IMG/VR virus record: IMGVR_UViG_3300006802_000106
Span: 1 to 59,578 of that record
Direction: 5' to 3' (one strand)
Source: a virus
Taxonomy: Duplodnaviria > Caudoviricetes
Length of the DNA: 59,578 nucleotides
A program made the position numbers and the translations under genes. Below are positions 10,201-17,495 of the stretch, piece by piece (position 1 is the stretch's first letter; the number at the start of each line of letters is the position of its first letter). The notes beneath the pieces were generated by a model. The model saw nothing but the letters and a program-made list of their open reading frames with translations. It did not search any database and was not told where the DNA came from.

Positions 10201-12533
10201 GCCTGCTGCTGCAGCGCCTCGCGCCGGTCCTCAAGCTCTACGATCTGATCGGTTGCCTCCGGGTCGATCACCCGGAGCTGCTGGTTAATGGTCTCGATCT
10301 CGCCGGCCAGATCGCGCGGTCGGCCGGCGACGTCCACCAGACCAACAGCCTCGGCGACCCTCTGCCACGAAGGAGACATCTTTTTCCCTGTGCGATCAGA
10401 CACGTAGTCCATGACGCGACCGACCAGATCGGCCTGATCCCGAACACCCTCCAGATCGCGGACGACCGGGTTGGACCGGGACGTCGTGCCAAGAGCTTGG
10501 GTCACGACCTCCTGCGGGGTGGTCGGAGGACGCGGAGCCGGGGGAGGCGTCTCCTCTGCGGTCTGAGTGGTTGTCTCTGCAGGCTCCGCACGCCGGGCGA
10601 ACGCACCGTCCACCGCGCGCTGGATCGCACCCATCATGCTGATCGACTGCTGCAGCTGCTCGGCCTGAGCCGCCGCTTCCGGGTTGGTCTGACCCTCACG
10701 CTGCAGGAGCGCCAGCCGGGACTTCGCCTCTGCAAGGTCCTTCTGGTACCCACTCTCCTCCGGCGTTGCACGCAGGTTGAAGAAGTCGGCCAGCTTGGTG
10801 ATCGAAGGCGTGATCTTGTCGTCCTCGATGCGCTTCATCACCCACTCGACCAGCTGGTCGAGGTTCTCCGCGCCGGACTTACGGATCGCCGGGTTGCCCT
10901 TGCGGCCGATGATCCTCTCGGCGAACTGCCAGACCGTCTGACGCCGGTCGTTGATCCGCTCGTCGACCGCATCCAGTGCGTTCTTCTTCTGCACCAGCTC
11001 AGCACGCTGGGTCTGCAGGTCAGTAACGACCTGCTCGTCGGGCGTCGCACCCCGCCGCTCCAATTGGAGACGTGCGTCGATGTCGTTGATTTCGGACTGC
11101 AGGTCCCTCGGCGTTCCATCCGGGTTCTGGAGCCCGTAGAACTGGCCAAGCCGCCGCAGTGTCGCCGGAGCCTTCTCCCCGCGCGCCTCCAGCATATCCC
11201 GAACAGTCCTGATCTGGTCCGTCTCATCTGCAGCGGTTCGCAGCTGGTCGAGTACCGGATTGATCTTGGCGGCAGCAGCGCGCTCGCCCAGAGCCGTGTT
11301 CAGGGCGCCTTGGGCGGTCCATGCGGGGGGTGTTTCCGCTTGACGCCGTTGAAACTCCTGCTCGATTTCCTGCGCGTTATCCGCGGCAAACTGTTGGTAC
11401 GTCGGGTCCTCTCGGCCCTTGCCGGCGATGTAATCGTCAACGTAGGTCTTTACGTCCAAACCTCCGGAAGTCCCTGCACCGACCGCCGCCGACGGGTCAA
11501 TGGGTGACCCGTCGGTTGGCTTGTCAGGGAATGTCTGGTCACCCGTCCCGAGCACCGCGTCCGCCGTATTCTCCATGTCCTCGGTCGAAACGTCCGTCGG
11601 CTTCGCCCGACGCATGCCACGCAGATATCCGGCGCCACGGAAACCTGCGCCAAGCACGCCGCCAACGATGCCGGCCGTGACGCCTGCATCGACCATGTTG
11701 GCCAGCTTCTCACTGAGCGGAAGGTCAGGTCGGTACGCCATCTCCATGGCGGTCTGAGCTGCTTCTTGCGGGACCTGAGCGATCGCGGTCGCCGCGACAG
11801 CCCGGCCAATGCCCTTGGCGATGCCGTCCTTGACCGCAGGAGCAGCAAACCGCTTCAACTGCGCCGGCTCCAACGCCTCCAGTGCGGCGTACGGCAAGCC
11901 TGCCGCGAGAGCCGACAGCGCCGTGCCCTGACCCTCGATGCCTGCATCCTTGGCACTATCGTAGAGCGAACCGACACCGAGCGGATATCCAGCGATCGTC
12001 GCGCCGGTAACTGCACGCGCCCACTCCGCGCCGGTCGCCGCTCGCTCAGCCGCTGTGGCCGCTCTGGCGCCTCCACCCAGCGTCGCCGGAACACGCGCAC
12101 CCAGCGTCTTCAGCCCGGCAGGGACCGCCGCTTCAGGGACGACCGCCGACCCGGCAAGCATCGCCGCGATGCTGGGCAGCATCCGCGCCGTCTGATACCC
12201 CAACCACGGGGCAGCCGACGCCCCGCCCTCGCGCCACGGCGCGACATCCAGATCAGGCCGTCCGACCTCCTGAGCACGCTGGAACCGGCTGGCTGCCGCC
12301 TCGGCCGCCCAGTCTCTCAAGCTGTCGATCTTGAGCGCGGAACCGACAGCTTCGGCAGCGGTCGCCGTCAGTCCAAGGGCCTCCTGCGTACCAGCCTTCA
12401 GACCTGAGACAATAGGGTTGCGCGAGCGGTCAGCGACCGTCGGCAGCGAAGGCAGGCGGCTAAAGTCGAGTACGCCGGAACCCGACGTCGGAAGTCCGGT
12501 CGCCGGGTCCAACGGGCTCCAGTTGACAGGCAT
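4218..12533 (-). CDS. giant polyvalent internal-virion/DNA-ejection protein (YkuD L,D-transpeptidase-like, LPD23-like plus HExxH, PLxRFG-like regions)
   Basis: 2771 aa downstream of the head genes; motifs TPAGTY...VAVHSVW...SFGCIN; TGWYKGEDDRWKFEIDD...LLHEIQH...AGEIEARNVQ; YFHLGRGGDYFV. Confidence 0.8.
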   Translation of the reverse strand: MPVNWSPLDPATGLPTSGSGVLDFSRLPSLPTVADRSRNPIVSGLKAGTQEALGLTATAAEAVGSALKIDSLRDWAAEAAASRFQRAQEVGRPDLDVAPWREGGASAAPWLGYQTARMLPSIAAMLAGSAVVPEAAVPAGLKTLGARVPATLGGGARAATAAERAATGAEWARAVTGATIAGYPLGVGSLYDSAKDAGIEGQGTALSALAAGLPYAALEALEPAQLKRFAAPAVKDGIAKGIGRAVAATAIAQVPQEAAQTAMEMAYRPDLPLSEKLANMVDAGVTAGIVGGVLGAGFRGAGYLRGMRRAKPTDVSTEDMENTADAVLGTGDQTFPDKPTDGSPIDPSAAVGAGTSGGLDVKTYVDDYIAGKGREDPTYQQFAADNAQEIEQEFQRRQAETPPAWTAQGALNTALGERAAAAKINPVLDQLRTAADETDQIRTVRDMLEARGEKAPATLRRLGQFYGLQNPDGTPRDLQSEINDIDARLQLERRGATPDEQVVTDLQTQRAELVQKKNALDAVDERINDRRQTVWQFAERIIGRKGNPAIRKSGAENLDQLVEWVMKRIEDDKITPSITKLADFFNLRATPEESGYQKDLAEAKSRLALLQREGQTNPEAAAQAEQLQQSISMMGAIQRAVDGAFARRAEPAETTTQTAEETPPPAPRPPTTPQEVVTQALGTTSRSNPVVRDLEGVRDQADLVGRVMDYVSDRTGKKMSPSWQRVAEAVGLVDVAGRPRDLAGEIETINQQLRVIDPEATDQIVELEDRREALQQQARVIETAQQGRAPWLGWNVPAPAVAAPIDGSAVVFEALRARQTTPAEPPLLLDTPEVPLSELVAQQAQRTNPSEVTNLALAPAEQQTVQSPEVPPPAPVAPPSTGSELPPTPATGALPERQSFAPRPLPQRGLAASTPTTLQEVMTPAEEKPSKRRPRPEQPKRRSFSPEPQRQRTLAAPSEPTTRTNVEETVVHDQLTPTEQSTLAKHYGEKEYNDVAKRRFVNDLVTAINNGLTSVAVAIRRIVKRIMGAVLATSLVFNVSLTQPPVTDVTTDFSTTRTVPITQMVPENARAMMSDRAIAVYETMAPAAIGSGKGFMIADKPSGAIHVFDRTGALIDSGPALFGMSAGDQFIEAPDKTDMEAMSVSERITPAGTYRLQQRSVPSYPGGQVLAFQKDGQDVGANSSGYVAVHSVWLEKPEQRREERLASTTPDDNKISFGCINTSSQMFLGKILPHVAEFDGGTVFVLPDAVETTAAMFPAQTRQETVAGTRTEQVPSGVPAPDERLPGLPAGQTARDRVSRQTNRRPTDRADQPPQQTAQEKVADTLTDADREVAKKHFGHEQFDERTERALLASVLQAIREGITSVPARIRAIVKKLMAEIKAFMADTSGMLGGRKALSANLTALDEAQLRIERGDRPDEVLKDTGWYKGEDDRWKFEIDDTAAKLRPFKPDPTSPVGVVLSDVLFHPWLFKAYPNLRSMPVEFDAVGDFGGSFDPAGNFIQLTAPSGSTSPATLSSLLHEIQHAVQEVEDFARGGNPGSVDAYDDRNINRTMSRINTELEGYVSDPDVAEVMAFTGKDVRVIDQTDLRRTANAERWSEDRLVEAVNLFTSLRKWQRYALSVQELSDAAPTIRQLEADLSAKPDRMFAERLRSLRGAVSGGAAIVQNTIYRNLAGEIEARNVQIRQGYSADRRRNIPPSTTETLVRDPGIAPVVSFETAPARSTGPIADNARAQQAVQQVESWWENVKDLQTVGAGARKLSMGWRSLTDLFAQYGKLFTTKDGNPFERYMQARQSRDAIKNQIVQMQRAAMDGFYDLRRVDPKAADTVQTLMKYTAEDIDPRRSWDDHTWLHDDEDAAYLRGRVDKANGEYRALVSKRQHKVYDDLLASNNADWFSRFAVQMQNFMQATFPGQQVAGFDAHPMDGYMAASDLHTDPVGAARYWRQQVDQRIAGAEAFVQAVEEDGRPRAVKALKGMLTSIRKYVADVEQAPYFHLGRGGDYFVSMTMKTGEGGRIDRNIVRRIAKHLDAAGFGHVSLNSGTGVSDIYLRVENPEQQQALFDVAKKMRAAGLLVADKPIVQGPRSDDDVRRTISPEWLQNVIDAVVDSDTFEATAGMTEDQTDALARSKADLRVSLTQAWLDLLPDNSINRVMARRRVVPGYSGDMIRNFAFRSDVSANALASLTAAPRSLGALREMQSAIRAARRDESMTLQNRQRMFDVYGELTLREARAPLRAEHGFVDTLTAANHAYFLSMSPAYMLTQLTAVPVLLWPELAKTHGFVNAAKAIAKVTPMAFNILRAVAAEGWRHGNLRFADASVTMKALKAAGIPSSTAKFVMGMVNRGHIDIGGLARETSRLASKAGGETAWDKTLRFASATSVYPELMTRLIAGLSARELHGGKPDLERYADTVVDQSMFSWGTWNTARQIGKAGAFGNWSRILFAFHNYTYQLIEKMYREMTTAFTRPGTTKEERAAARRWMGGHLAAVGFLAGTAGMPIASVIFAAIDALANQLGDDKDKPYDVQTAWRNFLSDSLGKGVGEVIARGAPRAIGADFSGRVGEQNILPFSKLLTDKANWRDSINNYLASAAGAPVSMLGNLIEGTSTALDGDVLTGMKQTLPVALKGPIEAMRMTTDGYVDRAGNKMPMSAGANDVMMQFLGITPAEKAEYTEESQAAKNRLKGISREASALRRRLAVAIESGDRESAVELLREARRFDQAHPTHAILGSLSNTIRQRARARAVSDIYGTPLGVRVNDPDVRSAIGFGNYGSGQ

Positions 12534-13351
12534 CAGTCCCTCAGATCGTCGAGGTTACCCATCCGCGCCTCCAGCGGATTGTTGCCGAGGACCGCGCTGA
12601 GCGTGTCGATGAGCCGCTGGTTCGCGGCCAGCACGTCTTCCTGTGTTCCGCCATTTCGGGCGCGCTCTAGATCAGTATTGAACCGTCGCGTCCCGGCCTC
12701 CAGAAGTGCGCTGTACATCCGGTCCTTCGCACCAACAGGCTTCGGCGTGATCGCCATCACCGTCTGCAGATCACGCGGTGACAGAGACTGGGCCGCTCGT
12801 ATGAAATCCTGCGCCGTGTACCCTGACCCGGCAGCCGTCTCGGCTTTGGAGGGCTCGGAAGTGGCTGTCGCGGTGCTCGCCGGCGTCGCCCCGTTGGACG
12901 GAGCCTTCATGGTCGGAGCGATGAACCCGAGGCCGAGAGGGGCCAGCGCCGATCCGAGCGCCATGCGCGCGTTCCGAGCCAGACCAAGAGCAGCATCCGC
13001 GCCGACACCGAAAGCATTGCCGGCAGCCCCCTTCAAGTCACCAGCAGCATAGTCCGCCTTCGCAGCGGCGGCGTGCTCGGCCATGTCGTTGGCCATCTTG
13101 CTCCGGACCCACGCCGAGTATCGGTTCATGTCGGAGTTCGGGTTGAAGAAATCCAGACCGACATTCGCGGCACCTGCGAACAGGCCAAGTGCCGGTGCCC
13201 GCCGGGCGACGGTCCCGAGCGCGGTCCGCGCCACGCCGGGCGCTGCAGCCCGAAGCGCCGCAGCCTCTCGGGCGGCCATCACCGGATCAGCGGCAGCCGA
13301 AGACCTTGCCGAAACTTGTGCAATTCGATCCGCGAGTGATGCCGTCGCCAT
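12533..13351 (-). CDS. Ala/Gly-rich putative internal virion (ejection) protein
   Basis: GAGG RBS before ATG 13351; lies between adaptor and giant protein; helical Ala-rich composition. Confidence 0.6.
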   Translation of the reverse strand: MATASLADRIAQVSARSSAAADPVMAAREAAALRAAAPGVARTALGTVARRAPALGLFAGAANVGLDFFNPNSDMNRYSAWVRSKMANDMAEHAAAAKADYAAGDLKGAAGNAFGVGADAALGLARNARMALGSALAPLGLGFIAPTMKAPSNGATPASTATATSEPSKAETAAGSGYTAQDFIRAAQSLSPRDLQTVMAITPKPVGAKDRMYSALLEAGTRRFNTDLERARNGGTQEDVLAANQRLIDTLSAVLGNNPLEARMGNLDDLRD

Positions 13352-13355
13352 AATC

Positions 13356-14126
13356 CTACCTCTCGTAGCCGCCCCAGCCGTTCCGGCCAAAACCCCACTT
13401 CTTGGGTGCGAACATCTTACTCAATGCGATGCGCCGCGCCAAGTCCGCGTTCGTCTCGAACGTCGCCGCGAACTCCTTGGCCCGATCCGGGGCGCCTTCG
13501 TCCAGATCGACGGTCCGCAGGCAGAGATACGCCGCCCAATCCAGAACCTCGATGTGGTTGTCCTCCGGGATTTCCGGGATGGCTGTGAGGTCGTCAAGCG
13601 TCAGCGGATCGATCGGTCCGCGCACCACGCGCAAGTTGATGGTCTCTCCATCCATCGTGGCGTCCGGCTCCGGGTATACTCGCATCGTCACCAGCCCGGG
13701 AGACCCGCCCTCGTTCCGCACCTCCTCATCGGTGCTGTACGCCAGCACAGCGCCGGGAGGCCACTCGGTGAAGTAGGTCGGGTCCCAGAACCGGGTGTCG
13801 ACGGTTTGGTACTGGTCGAAAATGCTGTGCCCGGCGCGCATGAGGTCGCCGGGAGTTCCCGACCGTTTGGCCGAGATCACGGAGATGATGCTGGGGTGCA
13901 AGGTGTAGTCGGTCTGCCCCTCGACCAGCGTGACCTGACACACAGCGGCCGTCGAGGCGTCCCGGATTGCCAGCGTGCGCCGGCACCATCGCCGGATCGC
14001 CTCGTTGATGTTCGTGGCCAAGGTCTCGTCCGACCACAAGGCATCGCTGGCCGACCCGGCGATCTGCTGGCTATCGTCGTGAAGGATCGGCCCTCTAAGG
14101 TAGCTCAGCAGCTCGCCGAAGTTCAT
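13356..14126 (-). CDS. putative head-tail adaptor
   Basis: Pattern WSDETLATNINEA...LVEGQTDYTL...PEIPEDNH..LDWAAY typical of podovirus adaptors; position after capsid. Confidence 0.65.
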   Translation of the reverse strand: MNFGELLSYLRGPILHDDSQQIAGSASDALWSDETLATNINEAIRRWCRRTLAIRDASTAAVCQVTLVEGQTDYTLHPSIISVISAKRSGTPGDLMRAGHSIFDQYQTVDTRFWDPTYFTEWPPGAVLAYSTDEEVRNEGGSPGLVTMRVYPEPDATMDGETINLRVVRGPIDPLTLDDLTAIPEIPEDNHIEVLDWAAYLCLRTVDLDEGAPDRAKEFAATFETNADLARRIALSKMFAPKKWGFGRNGWGGYER

Positions 14127-14141
14127 GACGCCTCCAGATGG

Positions 14142-14465
14142 TTACTGCACCAGCTGATAAGGATAGCGCATCCGCTGACGACTGCCCACGATCTTGTCGG
14201 TGTCCGGGTCTTTCACCGGCACGGTCTCGACCGCGTGGTTGAGCACCTCCAACACGGCCGGCGGGACCGAGACTTCTTCGCCCGGGCGCATGTGATAGAA
14301 CGTGCCGTTGATGCCGATCGGGAGACCCGTCGGCGGGATGTTGTCGCTGTCCTGCAGGACGATCTTGTGCCATCCGGTCTTGGCGTTCACAGGCTTCGGA
14401 GCCCGGCGGGCGCGCGTCTTCTTCTCCGGGGCGTCAACTTCGATCGGGGTCGCTTCGGTATCCAT
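14142..14465 (-). CDS. conserved capsid-operon hypothetical protein
   Basis: GAGGAG RBS; IGINGTFYHMRPGEEVSVP...RYPY pattern. Confidence 0.7.
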   Translation of the reverse strand: MDTEATPIEVDAPEKKTRARRAPKPVNAKTGWHKIVLQDSDNIPPTGLPIGINGTFYHMRPGEEVSVPPAVLEVLNHAVETVPVKDPDTDKIVGSRQRMRYPYQLVQ

Positions 14466-14467
14466 GA

Positions 14468-14737
14468 TTACTCCTCGTCGCTCATTTCGGCAGATGCCGC
14501 TTGGAAGCTGGAAGAATAATCGTCCACCGGCTTCGTCTTGTCGAGGTTATTCTTCAGAAACTCCAGTACCTGATCTACAGTCTGGAATACGAAGCTCTGC
14601 TCGGGGTCCCGATACGGGGAGACCTCCTTGAGATCGGTCTTCCGCTTCCGGTTGGCCTCGACGATCTTGGGGTCGTTCATGGTGACGACCCAGCCGTTGT
14701 TCTTCTTATCGACCTTGCACACGCAGTCGCCGTACAT
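14468..14737 (-). CDS. hypothetical protein
   Basis: AGGAGG RBS; operon packing. Confidence 0.7.
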   Translation of the reverse strand: MYGDCVCKVDKKNNGWVVTMNDPKIVEANRKRKTDLKEVSPYRDPEQSFVFQTVDQVLEFLKNNLDKTKPVDDYSSSFQAASAEMSDEE

Positions 14738-14748
14738 GGGGACCTCCT

Positions 14749-14782
14749 AAGAAAATGGGCGGGTGCGCAATGACCCGCCCAT
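14749..14782 (-). terminator. putative rho-independent terminator after the capsid/decoration genes
   Basis: 10-bp stem ATGGGCGGGT/ACCCGCCCAT followed by TTTCTT on the minus strand. Confidence 0.7.
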
Positions 14783-14807
14783 CCAGATTACCGACCTGAG
14801 CCCCGGA

Positions 14808-15125
14808 TCAGCCGAAAGCGATCCAGCTGCACACCTTGCCGCTTGCGGCGAGCGTCGCCGACAGGGTGAACGTGCCGTCGTCGTTGTCCAAGATCGCGGT
14901 GCCGGTATCCGCCGTCAGCGTGCCAGCCGTGACGGTCTTGATCACCTTGGTCGCCGCCATGGTCTTGAACCACTCCCACGTGGTGGCGTCGGTCTCGTTG
15001 AAGACCTTGATGTATCGCGGCTTGAAGCCGAGAGTGACATCCACCGCCGCACCCGCTCCGGTGAAACCTCCGGCGGCGTACTGCATGACGCCGGCATCCT
15101 GATAGTCAACTGTGTCTGTAGCCAT
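14808..15125 (-). CDS. putative head decoration/cement protein
   Basis: 105-aa beta-rich protein directly after the capsid gene; AGGAGG RBS. Confidence 0.6.
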   Translation of the reverse strand: MATDTVDYQDAGVMQYAAGGFTGAGAAVDVTLGFKPRYIKVFNETDATTWEWFKTMAATKVIKTVTAGTLTADTGTAILDNDDGTFTLSATLAASGKVCSWIAFG

Positions 15126-15173
15126 AGTAGCCTCCTGATCACTGTGGGGCGGCCTCTCGACCGCCCCTGAATG

Positions 15174-16217
15174 TTACGCGGTGGCGCCGACTTCCAGACG
15201 AGCCATCCAGAGTTCCTGCAGGATCACCGTGGCGGTCCACAGTTTCCAGCCGACCGTGCCGCGCTGGGCCAGCGGATCGCCGGCGGCGGGCTTGGGGTTC
15301 ACGACCATCGGGCGCATGCTGTCCTCGCCCTTCAGCGGCACGATACCGTAGGCATCGCGGGCGAAGTACAGGACCGGGTAGACGTCGATGTTGGTACCGC
15401 CGGTGGACCGGAGACCGGTCGAACCGAGAGAACCGCCCTCGTTGATCCACGGTGCGATGACCGTGGAGGCAAGGTAGCGAACCTGCTCGACGGAGCCGAT
15501 CTCGCCCTCGAACGGCGACATGTGGGGACCGTAATCCGCGACGGCCTTGAAGCCGGTCATGTCGCGGATGTCGCTCTCCAGATCGGGGTGGACCACCGCC
15601 ATGTAGGCGGCTTCCACCGACTTGGTGCCGTAGTCGGTCGTGGAGCGGACCACCGAGGTGATCTTCTTGGCGTTCTGCCGGTTGAGGGCCGTGGTGACCC
15701 GGCGCTGGTCCGCGCGGCTGATGGCCGTCACGACACTGTTGCGTCCGCCGACGGCATTGCCGTAGAAGACGTTGGTGCCGGCCTTCAGGACGTTGAAGCG
15801 CAGCGTCTCGACCGTGACGGCAGCTTCCTCGCCGAGCGCGTCGGTGAGCTGCTGCAGGATCGGGTCGGTGTGGGTCTCGATGACAACGTCGGTGAACGTC
15901 GCATAGTCGCCGTACTGCTGGATTTGCACCGAGTAGTCGACGTTCGCCAGTTTGTTGCCGGACGGCGTCACGCCCTCGACCAGCGGGTTGAGCGCCAGCG
16001 GGATGTAGAAGCTGCCGGAACCGGAGCCAGCCGCACCGGTCGCACCGGTGAGGAAGTAGCGCCGGAACTTGGCGACTTGCGTGTTCCCCTTCGGGATTGG
16101 ATATGCCTGACCGAACTTTTCGAGCTGCAGAAGCGGCATGGCGCGCTTCAGCATGCGGACGACGGCATAGGCGGCAACGGCCGGCGTGATATCGCCGTAA
16201 GTGGTGACCTGCGTCAT
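15174..16217 (-). CDS. major capsid protein, N4-gp56 family
   Basis: TTYGDITP...KFRRY...EGVTP...QYGD...DPLAQRGTVGWK motifs. Confidence 0.92.
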   Translation of the reverse strand: MTQVTTYGDITPAVAAYAVVRMLKRAMPLLQLEKFGQAYPIPKGNTQVAKFRRYFLTGATGAAGSGSGSFYIPLALNPLVEGVTPSGNKLANVDYSVQIQQYGDYATFTDVVIETHTDPILQQLTDALGEEAAVTVETLRFNVLKAGTNVFYGNAVGGRNSVVTAISRADQRRVTTALNRQNAKKITSVVRSTTDYGTKSVEAAYMAVVHPDLESDIRDMTGFKAVADYGPHMSPFEGEIGSVEQVRYLASTVIAPWINEGGSLGSTGLRSTGGTNIDVYPVLYFARDAYGIVPLKGEDSMRPMVVNPKPAAGDPLAQRGTVGWKLWTATVILQELWMARLEVGATA

Positions 16218-16239
16218 GGGTTAGCTCCCTGTCAAAATT

Positions 16240-17220
16240 CTACTGAACCTCCTCGCTCGCCTTCCGGAACGCCCCGCTGAAGTCGTTCGGGTCGCTCGGC
16301 AAGACAGGCGCGGTCCGCTGGGAATTGACTGGTGCCAACTTCTCGGCCGCTTGTTTGGCCGGACTGGGCAGCTCAACCGCCTTCGGTTGGGGGTTCGCCG
16401 GGGCTGCCGGACTGGCCGGAGCTGGCGTAAGGCTGACCCCCGTCGCCTTCGCATACATGTCGACGAGAGACCTGATCTCGGCGGCAGTACCTTCATTGAT
16501 GACACGTTTCATTCCGTCCTGCAAGAACGAAGGCTGCGTGCCGACCCAGTTTTCGATATCGTCAATCAGCTGATCGTTGTAGTTCGGGATGCTCGTGGTC
16601 AGCTCGTTGTGGTGAACCGCCCCAGCTGTCGAAAGCGCGATGTCCCGGATCGTCGTGAGCTGCGGCACCAACTGGTCGAACAGCCAGCTGGTGTAATCCG
16701 CAAGCTGCTGCGTCATGATCAGCTGCTGGGCCGAGTGGATTTCCGGGTACTCCTTCTGGAAATCATCGATGATCCGCTGCTGCTCCGGCGTGAACTTGAA
16801 CTCTTCGTCGGCAGGCTGTGCGGAAGCCGCCTCCGGCTTCTTGCCCTCGGCCGCGATCCGCCCCAGCGCGTCAAGCAGCGCCTGATCCCGATCATCGAAC
16901 TTCGGCTCGGCAGGCTTGGCAGGAGCCGCACCCTCGGGCTTCGCGGAAGCCGGTTCGGCAGGAGCCTCACCCTCGGGCTTCGCGGCAGCCGGTTCGGTAG
17001 AGGCCGGTTCGGTAGAGGCCGGTTCGGCGGGAGCTTCACCGTCAGGCTTCGCGGCAGCCGGTTCGGTAGAGGCCGGTTCGGCGGGAGCCGGATCGGCCGG
17101 CGCGTCACCAGCAGGCGCCGCAGCAGCCGGAGCCGTGTCAGCCGCAAGCGGCGCCGGCGGCACAGGCGCCATGTCGTCCAGCTTGGAGAACTCGGCGAAA
17201 GCGTTCGAGAAATCGTTCAT
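16240..17220 (-). CDS. capsid scaffolding protein
   Basis: Acidic, Pro/Ala low-complexity N-terminus with PAEPAS/TEPA repeats; between portal and capsid. Confidence 0.7.
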   Translation of the reverse strand: MNDFSNAFAEFSKLDDMAPVPPAPLAADTAPAAAAPAGDAPADPAPAEPASTEPAAAKPDGEAPAEPASTEPASTEPAAAKPEGEAPAEPASAKPEGAAPAKPAEPKFDDRDQALLDALGRIAAEGKKPEAASAQPADEEFKFTPEQQRIIDDFQKEYPEIHSAQQLIMTQQLADYTSWLFDQLVPQLTTIRDIALSTAGAVHHNELTTSIPNYNDQLIDDIENWVGTQPSFLQDGMKRVINEGTAAEIRSLVDMYAKATGVSLTPAPASPAAPANPQPKAVELPSPAKQAAEKLAPVNSQRTAPVLPSDPNDFSGAFRKASEEVQ

Positions 17221-17495
17221 GGTTGCCCCTTGGTCGCGCCCACCATCGGCGCTTTTGTGATCAGGTCGAGCAGCTCCTGAAATACCTTGGCGCGCTCTCG
17301 CGCGACCTCGAACTGATCAGGAGATATGGTCAGGAAACTATTCTTCACTTCCTGCAGGCACGATGTCAAGTATTGAACCATAAGGTTCATTTCCATGCTT
17401 CCACGCGTCGCGTAGATTTGCCGGATGGTCGCCTCGTTGGCGGCCCGGGCAGCCTCGAAATCAAGAACCTCCTGCGGCTTCTGGCGTACGTTCAC
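17217..17495 (-). CDS. hypothetical protein between portal and scaffold
   Basis: Coupled overlaps with both neighbours. Confidence 0.65.
   Translation of the reverse strand: MNVRQKPQEVLDFEAARAANEATIRQIYATRGSMEMNLMVQYLTSCLQEVKNSFLTISPDQFEVARERAKVFQELLDLITKAPMVGATKGQP

Noticed and set aside
4218-12533. Giant protein as an N4-like virion RNA polymerase using the dyads as hairpin promoters
   Set aside because: No T7-type polymerase motifs A/B/C recognised, and sigma70-like promoters already serve the early genes; not fully excluded without an HMM search
15146-15167. Hairpin after the capsid gene as a terminator
   Set aside because: GGGGCGG/CCGCCCC stem lacks a U-tract; more likely an mRNA stabiliser
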